A DNA stretch of 63,369 bases, counting the filler, from Sphacelaria rigidula (Eukaryota), in NCBI GenBank assembly GCA_964200075.2. It is 6 parts of 6 records of this genome, joined end to end, with 100 filler letters (N's around TTAATTAATTAA, not from the genome) between each part and the next. Parts side by side here need not be neighbours in the genome. Positions count along the whole stretch, not along the records: positions 31,739 to 42,215 come from CAXNAA020006428.1; positions 42,316 to 52,792 come from CAXNAA020006429.1; 4 more parts are not named here. One strand, given 5' to 3'. Position 1 is the stretch's first letter, and each line of letters begins with the position of its first letter. The notes under the pieces are model-generated. The model was not told where the DNA came from and searched no databases. It worked only from the letters and a program-made list of their open reading frames with translations. The position numbers and the translations under genes were made by a program. Shown here in pieces: positions 38,801-52,200 of the stretch.

Positions 38801-38881
38801 TCAATCCTCGTTCGCTTGACTGCCTTACAATTCGCGTTTTTGTTGCAACCGTTTTGATTGTTCGGGATTCTGCAGGTGTGA
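32803..38881 (+). CDS. Secreted cysteine-rich repeat protein; exons 32803-32878, 35699-35742, ~36085-36168, 36901-37005, 37295-37538, 37738-37828, 38135-38239, 38533-38640, 38876-38881
   Basis: Signal-peptide-like MVQAGSAVAGVAFLALSAGVFAANE, then GAGLRGNHVSRRTPE, then C-x4-C-x14-C-x4-C-x4-CC modules (e.g. AFCWSAACPNSFTPIPSANVTLCPDNVCTTELCCE) with GT-AG ends. There is a 1-nt deletion in exon 37295-37538, and a poly-C tract obscures the first module's acceptor. Confidence 0.8.
33119..33216. mobile_element. Intact piggyBac-type MITE (98 bp) nested in an older copy spanning ~33112-33315
   Basis: Perfect 20-bp TIR CCCTTAGACCGCGAGAGTAG/CTACTCTCGCGGTCTAAGGG, with TTAA on both sides (33115-33118 and 33217-33220). 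Confidence 0.95.
33420..34330 (+). repeat. Dispersed repeat family D (~900 bp); copies at ~62030-62800 and partial at ~26010-26285
   Basis: Collinear similarity, e.g. CACACTCATGCT...GTGCTGTAGCTGTCGCTGCGCTGTGGCGTC and AATGTGTGGGCCAATC.GAGCTACTTTT. No coding signal. Confidence 0.85.
36373..36815. mobile_element. Foldback MITE family A (443 bp) in an intron, AT target duplication
   Basis: AT|TAACACGGGATC...GATCCCGTGTTA|AT. The paralogous intron at ~38043-38057 reads GATTGAAATACTGGG (empty site). Confidence 0.95.
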
Positions 38882-39225
38882 TGGAGAACGTTGGATATCC
38901 CGCTGGAAAACGTGGCTGTCACCCCCCGCGAGGGAGGTGTTGGGTTCCCGCCGCTCGCAGAATAGTGAAGGCGTCTTCTTGGAAAAAAATAGAAAGCTAG
39001 AGTCACGTCGTGTGAACAATTTTGTGGTGTTGTTCATATTTCACCCGAAGGCGGAAGAGAAATTTACAAAAGTACACGTTCACCAACCTTTGCTCCCAGC
39101 GCGGAGGATTCGAGGTGGTTCGAATAAAATTTGACAAGGAAACGTACAAATTTTAGTTATACTTTCTTGTATCGTGAGTGTATGAATTAGGTACGTGCCT
39201 CGTCGGTCCTCAACCACGCGTTGTG

Positions 39226-39578
39226 GTGTACGTTTTGGTTTCATTCGTTCTTTCGTGATGAGTTCGGTCATTTTCGGTTGAACCTGGTAGCTGTTCGTCC
39301 ATGTGTGACGGGGGTGAAGTAATAAGTGAGTGGGTGAAAAGTGGGGGTGTCGATGATTGTGCACGAAGGTAGCGGTGCTCATGTAACATGTACCTTATCA
39401 GTCCTTAACTCAACGTTTTGTGTACGTTTTGGTCTCGTTTCTTTATTCCGCGATATGCTCAGTCATCTTCGGTTGAAGCAGGTAGCTGTTCCTCGCATAT
39501 GTGAGGAGGGTGAGGTGAGACGCGAGTGGATGATGAGTGGGTCTGTCGATGATTGTTCGCGAAGGTGGCGATACTCAA
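39226..39578. repeat. Local tandem duplication (~155-bp units, ~195-bp period)
   Basis: TGTACGTTTTGGT...GTCAT.TTCGGTTGAA...GGTAGCTGTTC...TGTCGATGATTGT..CGAAGGT occurs twice. Confidence 0.75.
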
Positions 39579-40879
39579 GTTATGTTCGTTTATCACGGTT
39601 CCTAAGATTCTCATGCTGTACGAGACGGTAGCCGGTCGGTGATGTGAGATTATTGGGTGTGTTAATTAGCAACTTCGTTTTCTAGCGTATCAGTACGGGG
39701 TAGTTGCGGGGCCCTGTGATGGTAAATGACTGCGTGCCTGAACTAAACTCTTTCTTTGGGATCCGCAGATGGGTCCCCAGAAACGACCGGCGGGTATAAA
39801 AAGGTTCTAGTCGAATACATGCTGTATAATGCAGGATTTAGATTATTTAATTGTTGAAGCGTTGATGTTGGAAATGGATTGTACCCGATCAGCCGCGTGT
39901 ACCTGCTGCTACTACAGCCTTGATTAGCTAAAGGTACGGCGCGTCACGGTGATTTTGTTTCATGACAAGGTTGTAAGCGGGGCAGGAGGACGTACTGACA
40001 TAATAGCTTTCCCCAGCTGTTGTATCTCGCCCACTGAGGTCACTCGACACACCGACCGGCCTCCAAGCACCTATTGGATAAAGAAGAGCTTTTTAATCAT
40101 CACCTACCACCTTCGGTCTCTCTGCCTCCACGGTCGCGAGCCACAGCAATTAACGTGAGTCTCTTGTTGTGCTGTACTTTTACCCTCATTCACGATTGAT
40201 ATTGTATTCTGGCTTCGGGGCTGTGTGGCTTTCCCCTTTGACAGCTGGGCTATTGTATTGAGAGATTGAAACAGCAGTTTGAGTGTAGCAAGTCAATCCA
40301 GGACCGCTTGTTGACACCTCACAAGGGTGTGGCTTGCTTGCGTTCGGCGTATACGGTTTTTCTGCTTGCGGTATTGCCTATACCGCCACAGCCCCACTTG
40401 ATATCTCTCACACTGGGTGTATTCATTTTCAGGTCACTCGTGGCGATTTGTTTTTGCAAGTTGACAGTTTTTTCAAGGTTATACATTATGCAGTACATTC
40501 TTTTTTCAATTCAGTGGCGGTGCCGTGTGTTACCAGGTTTGTCTACACTTTACAGTGATATACTTACATCGGGTTCATTCAGTACTCTGGGGAAGCTGTG
40601 GTGTGAGCAAGTTTTAGCTGTTTCTAAGCTGGTCCAGCCTGTTCATAACAATATATACGTGAGATTGAGAGTTGCGTATCGGATTGAGAGTGGGATTTCA
40701 TTTGAACTGTGGGCAGGGCGTGCAGTTTCGATTAATGGACAAAATGCTTAGGCAGGAAAATGGCCGTCAGTCATAACAATGTTTCCGTGAAATTGAGCGT
40801 TGAAAGTACGATTGAGAGTGAGGTCTTATTCATAACATGACTCGCTGCGCCGGTTCCGATAATGAGACGAAAAGTTTAC

Positions 40880-42200
40880 ATGTGTAGCATGTTGGAACAT
40901 TCCTGCCACCCGTTGCCTGAATGGAATGGCAGAATAATGTTGTGAAGTGTTGTGCGCTGGCCCACAGGTCGCATTTGTGGGAAAATGCACCGTTCAAGAT
41001 GTCTCCAAAGTAGGGTGAGTCGTGCGGTTCGAGTTAAAGATACGATTTAGCCAGGTTGTGCCCGAATTCATTCGCAAATGCAGTTGATGCCACCATTCGT
41101 CGTGTGGACTTGGGACTCGTGGATATCTTAAAATCACTTTTCTGTTCAACCATTTCGCCGCAGTTTCCGTCGTTGTTTTTGAAAGCGCAAGTCATCGCGT
41201 GCGATATGATTGCTGATATCCCGCCTTTTCGTGCCGAGAAAAATCGCAAAACGTGGTGGGACCCTGGGTTCTGTTCCATGATCTCAACCTCGATGGCAGC
41301 GGATCATAACAAACTTCTTGCACGAAGCCAATGGAGCGCCTCCCGTCTATGAGCTGCAGCAAATCGATTTTGCCAGGGACTCTCGCCAACCGCATCGGAT
41401 TTCCGAAAATGCACTCGAAACATGTGCCGACGGACCCATCAAGAACAGCTGATAAGCCATCAACACGGGAAAACAAATACTACCGCATCAGCAAATTGGC
41501 TGCAAAACACCGGGAGCACTTGGAACTGGCTAACCAAAAACAAAACGTCATGCTGTGCTGAACAGCAATCAACGGTAGAACGAACACCGGGCGCTGGGTC
41601 TCGGTAGACTCCAAGACCGCCGCTCCTGCTCCACCTCTACCCCATCCGTGGTCTCCTCCTTGAGGGACAGTATGTGGCCTACACAAATCGCGGACTCTGC
41701 GCAATTTGATGTCACGCCGAGCGTCGACATTTGAAAGGGGTGCGTCTTGCACGTCTTCTGCATGATCCTGCGAAAATGATTGATCGGGGGCAGCGGCGAA
41801 GGGTACGGGTGATCGCAAGAGTTATTGGGGCAGGTTACAGTCGATAAATCGGGCGCTTCAGTACAGCTGGGCGAATTTCAACAACTTCAAATTAGAAACT
41901 GGCGCAAACAGGACGTCCTTTTGTCCCGTGTGAGGATGATGCTTCCAAACGGATCCACTTACTTGGTACCACGCGAGGACGATACCGACACATTCAACAC
42001 TAGGCGGGTACTCACGATCGAAAAGACTTGGACTCATCATGCCGAGCAGCTGGGCACTCTCGACTCCGGCGACATTAGACACGACATTCTCCAAGGCCTT
42101 GTCGAGCTCGATCGTGTCTCCGTCGGGGAGGTTCGTCTGGTTCGTGGAAAAGGTGCCAGCGACAGCGGGGGGAAAGAGACGGTGCGCATCAGGTAGGGGT
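40880..42200 (-). pseudogene. Highly decayed coding relic, possibly a Mutator-like transposase
   Basis: Overlapping - strand ORF fragments. Across frameshifts they give DQSF..., STLGVTSN...ICVGHILS, VDCC and a possible DPxH-like site in the expected order. Confidence 0.3.
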
Positions 42201-42895
42201 GCGAGTCAAGAGTAANNNNNNNNNNNNNNNNNNNNNNNNNNNNNNNNNNNNNNNNNNNNTTAATTAATTAANNNNNNNNNNNNNNNNNNNNNNNNNNNNN
42301 NNNNNNNNNNNNNNNAAGGGGAGCCTTGGCCATTGTTAAACCACTAAGGGCAACCACAAAATGGTACCCCCCCCCCCCCCCCCCCCATCTCACCTTCATC
42401 AGCAGAAAAAAACGCCATAGGAAACAAAGTACAACCTCGCACACGCGTTGAACCCATTGATACGCTACGTACATGATCCCTTCGCCACCCATATGAATAG
42501 AGAGTACTTGCCGTCGCCATCAACCGTAAGACACATTCTACCCCCAATAACCTTCACCTTCAAAATCAAAACCGAAGGCCCCCCTTACTATACCGAAGCT
42601 CATCGCGTACATGCATTCAAGCAATTGAAACGCTCAGTGCAAGACACCTCAGCCATAGGTATACATATAAATATTTTCATTCATTCACCACCCGTGGTGA
42701 ACATAAACCACAATCCCCCGCCCTGACGTCGTCTTAACGTTCAACACAACATTAACATATGAAAAAAAACAATTTTACTATATTTGCCGAAAAGTACTGG
42801 CACGAAGTGGTGACGCGCGTTACAGTCGAGTGCTTTACACATCTTCCCTGGCATCCCGTGGCCCTACCTTTTCATCACATTCCATGACTGTACAC

Positions 42896-43271
42896 TGTCA
42901 TAAAGCTAGGCGGCGTCTATGATCAAATCTGGGATTCTATAGTTGCGGGTCTGATCGAGCTTGACTAGGCCGGATGTGATACTGATGAAAAGGTACAGGC
43001 ACGGGTCCTTCAGCCCTCCCGCGGTACTTGCGCGGGTGGAGCCGATTTTTAAGCCATTTCTATAGCCGGAGAGCAGCTGAGAGAGCATTGAAAGGAGCGA
43101 TAACGAATACGAGTGAACAAGAGTCTTTTGTATCAAGTGAGTATAGCTTACTGCGTGAAGCTATTGTAGTGTGACCTGATTTCGGACCAAACCTGACCCC
43201 TGTCAGGAGATCAACAGGCAGCTGACTTGACCGGCTGCACAAGAGAGTGCATCCCGCTGAATACTATAACA
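42896..43271 (+). repeat. 5' LTR of the Ty3/Gypsy element (376 bp)
   Basis: Imperfect inverted ends TGTCATA...TATAACA, followed 2 nt later by a PBS-like TGGCGTTCGACTTGGAG (43274-43290) and then gag-pol. Confidence 0.75.
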
Positions 43272-44077
43272 ATTGGCGTTCGACTTGGAGTATCTACTTG
43301 CTAGCCTGAGTAGTAGTTGTTTACTTATCTATTGTCTGTACTGCCTTCTAGTTGCTGTTTCCCCCCTTTGGCTGCAGCTTTGTCTTGCATTTTGTTTTGT
43401 GAGTCATTTGCTTTTCATTCGCTTGATTGCTTTTTACAGTAGCTCACGGTACCGTACACGTGCACACACAGTTGTCTCAACGGAGCGTTCTCTGCTGTTC
43501 GTTCCGTGCAGCGATGTTCAGCAGCACACTTTCGCCTGAATCGCGTTTTGCACGCGCTCCTCGACACGCTACTTCTACTACGTTCGCACTGTCTCCTCTG
43601 CGACCTCTTCTTTGGCCGCGCAATTTTACTGTATTGGCCACCCGACTGTGAGCCTGTACTCTGTTGCTTTTTCTCGGTACCAGAAACCTATCTGCCCGAT
43701 TCTGTTTAACAGATATACATTGTTTTCGGCAGATATCCCCGGATTTGCTCCATTTCCCCCATCCCATCTGACCACACGTATTTCCCCTATTTTTTTGGGC
43801 GTTTCACAGCTGCACTTAGTAGCTGCCGAATTGCTATTGTAACTTGCCGCTGTTTCAGTAGCGTGCGATGTTCAAACTCGGCGATCGTGGTCAATCACGT
43901 ACAATTTTGACCCTGACAGTTCCACTTTGTCCACTGCCTCCGCCGCCCTTCGCGGGGTGTTCCGCTGGACCATTTGTAATTGTCCCGCACCCACCTAGGC
44001 TGCACTATTCCAGGCTGCCTTCCCGACTTTTATACACTTTCCGGTTTCAAGTTGCGTTTCAATCAGACATTCAGTGA

Positions 44078-47000
44078 TTGCCTTTTATTGGTCCTCTGCC
44101 CCTGTATTGTGGCTATTACATACCCTATTGCACATTCGTGATTCACAACAACAAAATCACGTATTGGCTTTCGCTTCTTGCTCTGGGTTCTCTGAACGTT
44201 TCGCTCTGTAGACGCTGTATACGCTGCACCTATGTCGCAACTATCACCACCGCTTCTTCTCCCAACACGGGAGCTAAGCCGCCCCGTCGTACGCGCAGCC
44301 AAACTAAGGGATCTTCTAGTTTTTCCGGACCCGATGCTGATTCTTCCTCAGCCTTACGGAAACCAGCCTCGACCGCTGCTCGATCCATCGGTTTTGAGGA
44401 CCAACCCGTGCAGTTCTCATCGCCCCTTCCCAGCTCCGATTCCGATTATAGATCGGATTCTCGTACCCTTCCGACCCTCCCTCATCATCCCACCCGTGAC
44501 TACTCCTCACAGACACGCTCTGTGCCCCAACCCTTCACGACGCCGGTGGCACCCATCGTAGCACACACCCCATCGGACAGCCGTCGACACTGGACCCACC
44601 TTGACACACCCCGTGTCCCACCCCTCAATCACGCTGGTGTTACCCGTGGCCCCAACCCACCCCCCAACCACGCTGGTGTTACCCGTGGCCCCTACCCAAC
44701 CTCCAACCACGCTGGTGTTACCCGTGGCCCCTACCCAACCTCCAACCACGCTGGTGGCACACGTGGTCTTTACCACACCCTCTGACTCTACTGCCAGCGC
44801 GGATATCGTCGTACAAGCTTCAGTCCAAGACCGTTCTGTCGTGCAGGTGGCATCCACGTCCGGACCCCCGACTGCTGGCACTACTGCCCGCGCTGCCCTG
44901 CCGGCACACACTTTGTCATCATCCGCGGCTACGTTTCGTGCCCCGGCTGATCATGATTTGTTGACAAATGTTTTGACTTCTGCTTTGCCCAACTCAGGAC
45001 ACCCGTCTGCGGCCCCAGCGGCTGCTTCTGGCATCAATCGAGAACCAGTCCCTGTGCCAGACGTTAGTATCGCCACAGCACTGCAAGTTCTATGCAATAC
45101 CTTGCTCCGCTCTCCTTCGGCTTTCGCCGACATGCAAGCAGCCCACAGTGCCCACCCCCACCGAACCTCGGCTGTCACCCACACCGCCACGCCCGCCTTC
45201 CCCCCGACACAACATAATCACCCCCGCTCGACGGATGACCGCGCGTAACGACAATTCAAGACATACCTGTCGTTCCTCCCGTATTTCTACTGCCTCAAGG
45301 GTTTCTTCACATCGGCGCTCCCCACGTAATGATGTTACAGTGCATGCCGACGCCATGGGACATTTTTTCAGGTCTTCCTTCTGCAGAGGAATCGTCTATT
45401 GCGCACTCCAGCGACCAACCGCCCTATGACTCACGCCATCGCAGTCGCCATGCGCGACCCACACGCGATAGCTCTTCCCGCTCTGACGCGGCAGTCATCC
45501 GTTCTTTGCGGCGACAACTTGCCGATTTACAGCGCACAGTACAAACACTTGTGAACAACCGTGCATCCCCGCCCCCCATTGCGCCCCCCAAACCCACAGC
45601 TTTTACTACGCCAGCCCCAGCTCCCGCTGCCGCCACCGTCGCCGACACTGACGCCGATAGTGGCAACCATAGTGGCTCCGGAGCCCCTCGTGCACTCGCA
45701 CCCGCCTCAACCCCCCCTGCATCTACTGCCGCACCGTCCAACCCTGCGCCTTCGTCGCAGCAGGACCGCTCACAGTTGGGTCCGGAGCACTGTCCATTCG
45801 GGCTGCTCCCGCATATTTCCATGGACCATGGCCGCACTGCCCAGGAACAACGCATCCGTGAGTATGCTGACTACGCGCCAGCCATGATGAATGATTTCGT
45901 CAATCGGCAACTCAACACGGATGCAGCGGCGTCTACATCTTCCACCGAGGAGTATCATGCTCCTCCCCGCGAACTAGAGGGGGAGCGCTCACGCGCCTCT
46001 CACGCCGTAGCCGCTCCTTGCTCCCACCGCACGCCATCCCCACCCCCCCCTACGTCGACCGCCCGCCCCGACACCAGTGCCAAACCGCGCCGCTTCTCCA
46101 TCCACTACGATGACATCCCTTGGTTCACGCTTTCTGTGCAGACTCTTGCGGGCAGGTACACCCCCTCGAATCCTTTGCAAAGCTCTCGCGACGCTTTGCT
46201 AGCGCTCGCTCGACCGCTTCAAAGCGCTGTAGCTTCCTACTTGGACTATGACGGGTTCTATCCTTCTGATGGTCCCCTTTCGGTCACCGTTGGCCAGTTA
46301 GTCCGCCACATCGAACAAACCCACACCTCCTACGAATTGTCCATTGTGGAGCTCTTCGACGCGTTGCGCGCCGCCTCCAAATCCGCCACAGCCCACGTTG
46401 ATGACGGCTGGACCCCGGTGACCCCTCGCCGCCGACGTCACAGACATGATGTTGCCGACCCTGAGCGCAATCGCCGCGGTGATTCTCACAACCGCCACGG
46501 AGGATTAAGCTCCTCCTCTGGGAGGACCCCACCACCCCGTGTGAACCGCCCCACCACCGGTTTGACCAAGACACACCGGAGTAGCGGCTCGTCGAGCTCT
46601 TCTTCTACCAAGCCCAGGATTCGGTCTGCCACAAACTCGTCGACTTCTTCCGCCCTAAGTCGCGCTACACCGCGTTTAGCAGATGTTTCGCGCCAGATCT
46701 TAGGCCTTTTGGACGACAACTCGAATAAACCGATATCTTCCACTTCGGCTCGCACTCTGGCTGCCGCTGCCGCCGAGCGAGAGCAAGCCGCTGCTAGTGC
46801 AGCAGCAGCCGCCGCTCGAGCGGAATCCGCCCGCACCGCCGCCATCCAGAGAGAATACATCCAAATGGACGTGCAAAAACTTTGGCATGTGAAATCCATG
46901 CCTGCAGCAGACAACGAAGACTCGGGACAATTTACGTCTGCTCTCATCACCTCTATACGCCGCACTCTTCGAAACATCCTTCAGCTGACCAACTCTACGG

Positions 47001-48195
47001 GTGCTCAACGTTTCGAAAATTCCAACTGGGTTGATGGTTGGCAGACTACTCTCCACAAAGCTCTGCACCGCCCCATCAACCACCGCTTGCCCGACACTGC
47101 CGCTGCTTTGACACAAGTCCTTAATAGTTTCATGGCCGCCATGGATGCGGACCGTGCCTCGGGGATGTCAGGCCCGGATTTACGCCGTGATCTGGAGCGC
47201 CGCTTGACCGGCTACTTCGATCGCAGCACTCAAGGGAGCGCTTTCCAACGACTTAGTTCTTTTGGTGTCGCAACAGATGTCCCCTTCGCGGACTACCTAT
47301 GAGAGTTCAAGCTTCTCGTTTCCAGTACCATGGGAGTAGGTCGCCAGACTGGCCCATCAGACGTAATGTGCAATCATATGTGAGGAATAGTGTTTCCGAG
47401 CAGTTCCCGACACTAATGCCGTCGCTGTTTCCAGGTGCTTTAGCCCACCGCGAAGTGCCTTATCCCTCTGTGGATGCGATGTGGAGCGCGTTTGTCCATC
47501 AAGAAAATAATTTGACACCAGCAATTTGCGGCGACAAGTATGCTCCATCTCGTTCCCAGTCTGCTTCTGCGCTTTCTTCGACCCCTTCAGGGTCCCGTCA
47601 CCGGTCTCACACTTCGCTTCGTTCCTCGTGGGTGCCCGCCTCCGTGGCCGGCTCCGTCATGAGCGTTTCACATAAGAGAGATCCGTTCAGCGCCAGTTTT
47701 GACGGATGGCCGTACTCCGCCGAGACTTGGGATGATCTTTGCATTGTATCTACCTCTGCGTTTACTACAGATGACCCACATCTGTGGAACCCCCTCCTCT
47801 CGTCTGCTGCCAGACACGAGGCCTTCAGCCGCCACGCAAATAGTTGCATCAATCGTGACACCCAGGGACACAGTATGCGCGATTGTACTCGCCCTTGTAT
47901 CAACTCTTTCGACCTCATGAACTCTGAGCTGCAGGACAATGAGCCAGCATGGCGCCGATGGCAGAAACGCACGCGAGAATACCGCACACCCAACCGTCAT
48001 TCTCGCCGCCCTTCAACAACCGCGACAACACTCGCTCGAGTCGCGACAATCGCCCCAACAACTACGAGAACTCTGGCTCCCAGCGAAGAGAGAATTCTTC
48101 TCACCGTCACCGGAATTCCTCCGATAGACACCAGCGCACGGAGCCGAATCACTATCACTCGAACCCCAACGCCAGAAACCCTGGTTCCTTTATGA
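44078..48195 (+). pseudogene. Long Pro/Ser/Ala-rich gag-like ORF1 with frameshifts; 39-bp tandem repeat at ~44627-44765
   Basis: Chained ORFs 44078-44785, 44601-45248, 45329-47302 and 47299-48195, ending in a degenerate CCHC knuckle (~47845-47886). Confidence 0.75.
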
Positions 48196-49207
48196 CTGAT
48201 CGTACCGATCCATGACATGCCGACGCCGGCGTTTTTGCGTCTTCGGCGCCGCCGACAGCACACACGAAGATTACTTCAACACCAACCGCGGAACGAGTGC
48301 CCAAACTTTCTCGCTCAACCTCCCCTGCACTATGCAGGAGTTGTAATGACGGCTGCTCATATCGACCCTCGTCTTCACCTCTTCGCACACAGCGTAACAG
48401 TTGCGTTGACTCACAACTTGGCCCTACCGTCGGCTCTGGACTTGGCCCTCCGGAACTGAGCGTAGGTCTGAGGTGTGGGAACACCAACCACCCGTCTCTG
48501 AGGCAAAGGCTTCCCTCAGCGACCGCACGCACAGACAGTAGTGTAAATTACTCGACTGGTTCAAGTGTCGCTGGTCAGAAGTTGACCGCTTCAGACCAGG
48601 TAACACCCACCCAGGTCGAACGAGTTCATTCTTCGCGTTTATTGAACCATGCGGAGCTACCCCTGAATGGTTCCCACATAAACCATACTACTATACCTTT
48701 GGCTATGACTCCTCAGCCAAGCTTGCCAGCGGACAGCCCACAAGCTTCGCCCGAGTACGCCCCGATGCTGACCCCATCCACTCAACTGGACGCAATTGGT
48801 TTTCCCTCAAACACTTCGGAACTTCCCCGCCCTTTGTTACGGCGAGAGAGGAAGCCCCGTGAACATGCCCCCACTGAAGCACGCGCATCAACACGTACAC
48901 CTTCCTCGAGTGGAAAATCTTGATCTCACTTTCCCCAAAATGCGACGACTTTGAGCTCGATGAATTTATCAAGTGTTCCAGAAGAATCCAAATCAGATAT
49001 TTCGGATGTTTGTACCTCTTCTGCGGACTACACTGAACAAGACGGGTCTACTTTGGACGTTGATCCCTGCCTTCCCAACACGGTCATATATGAAATTGCT
49101 AATGACCAGCCGAGCTGTGCTCACTCTGGGGACCACACATCATCCACCAAACTTTCTGGTGAGCAAGTTGATCCCCCGTCAGCACTACTGATTCCGATCA
49201 ATTTACC

Positions 49208-52200
49208 TTGGCTGAACACGGTCCGGATCTTGTCGGCGGTAAAGAGTCTGTTGACCCTGCCACGTTTACTACTCGCGTAGCGCTCCATTGTGGACCATAC
49301 GCAACCACGACTGCCAAATGCGTCTCTTTGTTAGACAGCGGCAGCCCACAAACATTTATTCGTGAATCAATGTGGGAACATATAAAACAAATTGGCGCTG
49401 CTTCAGCAGCTTGTGAAATCACCACCAAACCTCGAGTATGGGGCGGTTTTGGTGACTCCACCGCACCTTTGACCACACGAATATCAGTTCGTCTCAGTGT
49501 GCAATTCTTTCACAACACAACTCGTTCTGCCAGCCTTGCACTCTGGGCATATATTGTCCCCGATAGCACCATGCATCACGCCTTACTCATGGGCCGAGAT
49601 AGTTACATGCGGTTTGATCAACGCACCTACCGCACACTACCACCATTATCGCCACAGTCTGCGCCTCGTGGAGAACTCAACCTTGACATTTCGGTACTCT
49701 TCACGGCGCCTTGGCCTACCAAAAAAATGACCAAGCTACCGCAGCTGCGTACCACCTCCGATACGATGGTACTGCTGGTGTTACCCTCTCTGATGATCCT
49801 CAACTGCTAGAAGTTGCCCTAGTTCGCCGAAATGGCATGCCTACCCTCACGGGATATTACCTCGCTGAAATTCTTCCTCGGGTTGGTGCGCCTGCCGGCA
49901 CAAAACACTTTGCCTCCGCAGGAAAACAACTTTTGCCACTCACGGGTCACGCTAACTAGGACCCCGAAGATGTTTTGGGTATTGCTGCTGCTCCCCTCAT
50001 GCACATTCCACTTGAGACATGTGCGACTGAACCCTCGGCGTCCAACTCGGCGCCTCCGACAGGCGGTTCTGTCAATTGCGTCGATGAGCCTTACTTCGAC
50101 GTCACCTCTTCGTCTCCATCACGTATTCGCATCGTGGACCCTGCGCCGTCAACGTCCGAACTTCCTACTGAAGTGCTGCAACGCCTATCACCAGAATCTC
50201 GGACAAGTTTCTTGGACATGTGGGATCGACTTCCACCCCATTTACGTGACATCAACTTTGACCTACATGGAACCGGTTGAGAACCCGCTGTAATCAAAGA
50301 ATTGAGCGATGTTTTATTGGAGTAACAAGATCGGTTTTCTCGATCCAAAACGGATCTAGGGCATTGCAAAACGCTGCCCTTTGAAATCGCCCTCCAACTT
50401 GGCGTTCCGCCAATCTGTTCTCGACCGTATGGACGAACTCCATCCTTACCAAAAAACTTACCGCCATTTTACATGCGTACTTAGGTGCCGGATTAATCCA
50501 ACAGTCCTCTTCTACGTGGGCTTCACCGCCAGTGGTAGTCCTCAAAAAGGATGGGAACATACGCGTCACCGTGAATTATCAACGGCTAAATCGTGTTACT
50601 GTAGTGGGAAAACTTCCCATTTCCCGTATCGATGAAGTCTTCGACTCTCTAGGCGAAGGCAAAATATTCAGAACCTTCGACTTCGCTTCTGGATTTTTCC
50701 AGAATGCCATCCACCCTGATACAGTCCCGCTGGCAGCGTTCTGTACATCTTCCGGGCTATACGAATGGCTCCGTATGCCACAAGGTGCCGCCACTGCACC
50801 AGGTTGTTTTCAATGCTTAATGCAACGCGTTACAGAGGATCTCGAACACGTGATCATGTACTTGGACGACGCTATCTCATTCGATGCCTCCCCTCTTGCC
50901 TATGTGTGCTCTGTCTCGAAAGGGATGCGTGGTCAATGGTCAAATGACTAAGGCAAGCAACAAATGAGTACGCCCCCCCTCTTGCCCATGTGCGCACCTT
51001 GCGAGAGTTTCTTTTTCGCCTGCGAAAGCACGATTTGAAACTGTCTCCATCCGAAGCTCGCCTTGGCGCGACTGAACTGGACTTTCTGGGACACTCAATT
51101 TCACCGGTGGGTCTACACCCCGAAAGCAACAAAGTCAGAGCAATGACTGAATGGCCGATGCCCACGAACATTACTCAGCTCCGCTCATTGTTGGGTGGAA
51201 TTTCCTACTATCGCCATGTTTTGCCTAACCTGTCCAAACGGATTCGCCCCATTACGGACTTGCTTGAAAAAGGCGCCGCGTTTGTCTTCACCAAAGATAT
51301 GGAAGCTATCGTGCGCGACTTGCTGAAAACGCTCACCGAAAAACCGGTCTTTTGTTCCCTGGACTGAGATGCCGTACAAGACGGCTCTCGCCTCTTTCAA
51401 ACACAAACAGACGCGAGCACCGACGGGTTCGGCGCGGTCCTGAATCAGCCTCAACTCGATGGCTCGATTCGACCCATCCTCTGTATCAGTCGCACCACCC
51501 TTGCAAACGAGGCTAACTGGAGTCCCCTGGAGCTGGAAGGCGGAGTCATCACTTGGGCCATAAAGCGTCTTCGACAATATTTGTTCCATGTACCTTTCCA
51601 AATCTACACTGACCACGGAGCACTTGAACAACTCGCCAAAGTTGGCGAACATAACCCTCGTGTGCAACGCTGGTTGGAGTTCCTGACAGCTTATCAGTAT
51701 ACTGTCAAACACCGCCCTGGCAAAACCAACGGAAATGCTGGCCTTCTCTCCCGCTTGCCCCTCCCTCCAACGGCTGTCGATTTCAGCCCCGCTTGCCGAC
51801 TAACTAAACTCGATGAACCCGGCGTGTATCCTATCCGGCGTTTCTCAACACTCATTTACGCCCTTGACCTTCATTGCCCAGAGACGGGTATGCATATGGG
51901 CGGCCCTCGCCCCTTACCGTATGATGCAGTCTTGAATGGGCTACAATCCACAGACGCTGATTTCGCCAATTTTCGTACTATCGGTCCTCGCGAAAATATT
52001 GCAGTTTCGCCACATCCAGTTATCCATCTCATTTCCGACAACACGCGCTCTCGGTCTGCTGCCCGCGCTAACCCTCCCCGCGCCCCGCTGGCACCGACAA
52101 CACCTACTGCTTCTGCGAGCAGCGTAGCGCCGGCTCCCCGCAACACCGCACCACGAGCCTTGACAACCCCCGCCACGCGCCGTTCTCACAACACGCGCCG

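Noticed and set aside
42982..43015. CTGATGA hammerhead core in the Gypsy LTR (another at ~60376)
   Set aside because: No correctly placed GAAA or stems I and III.
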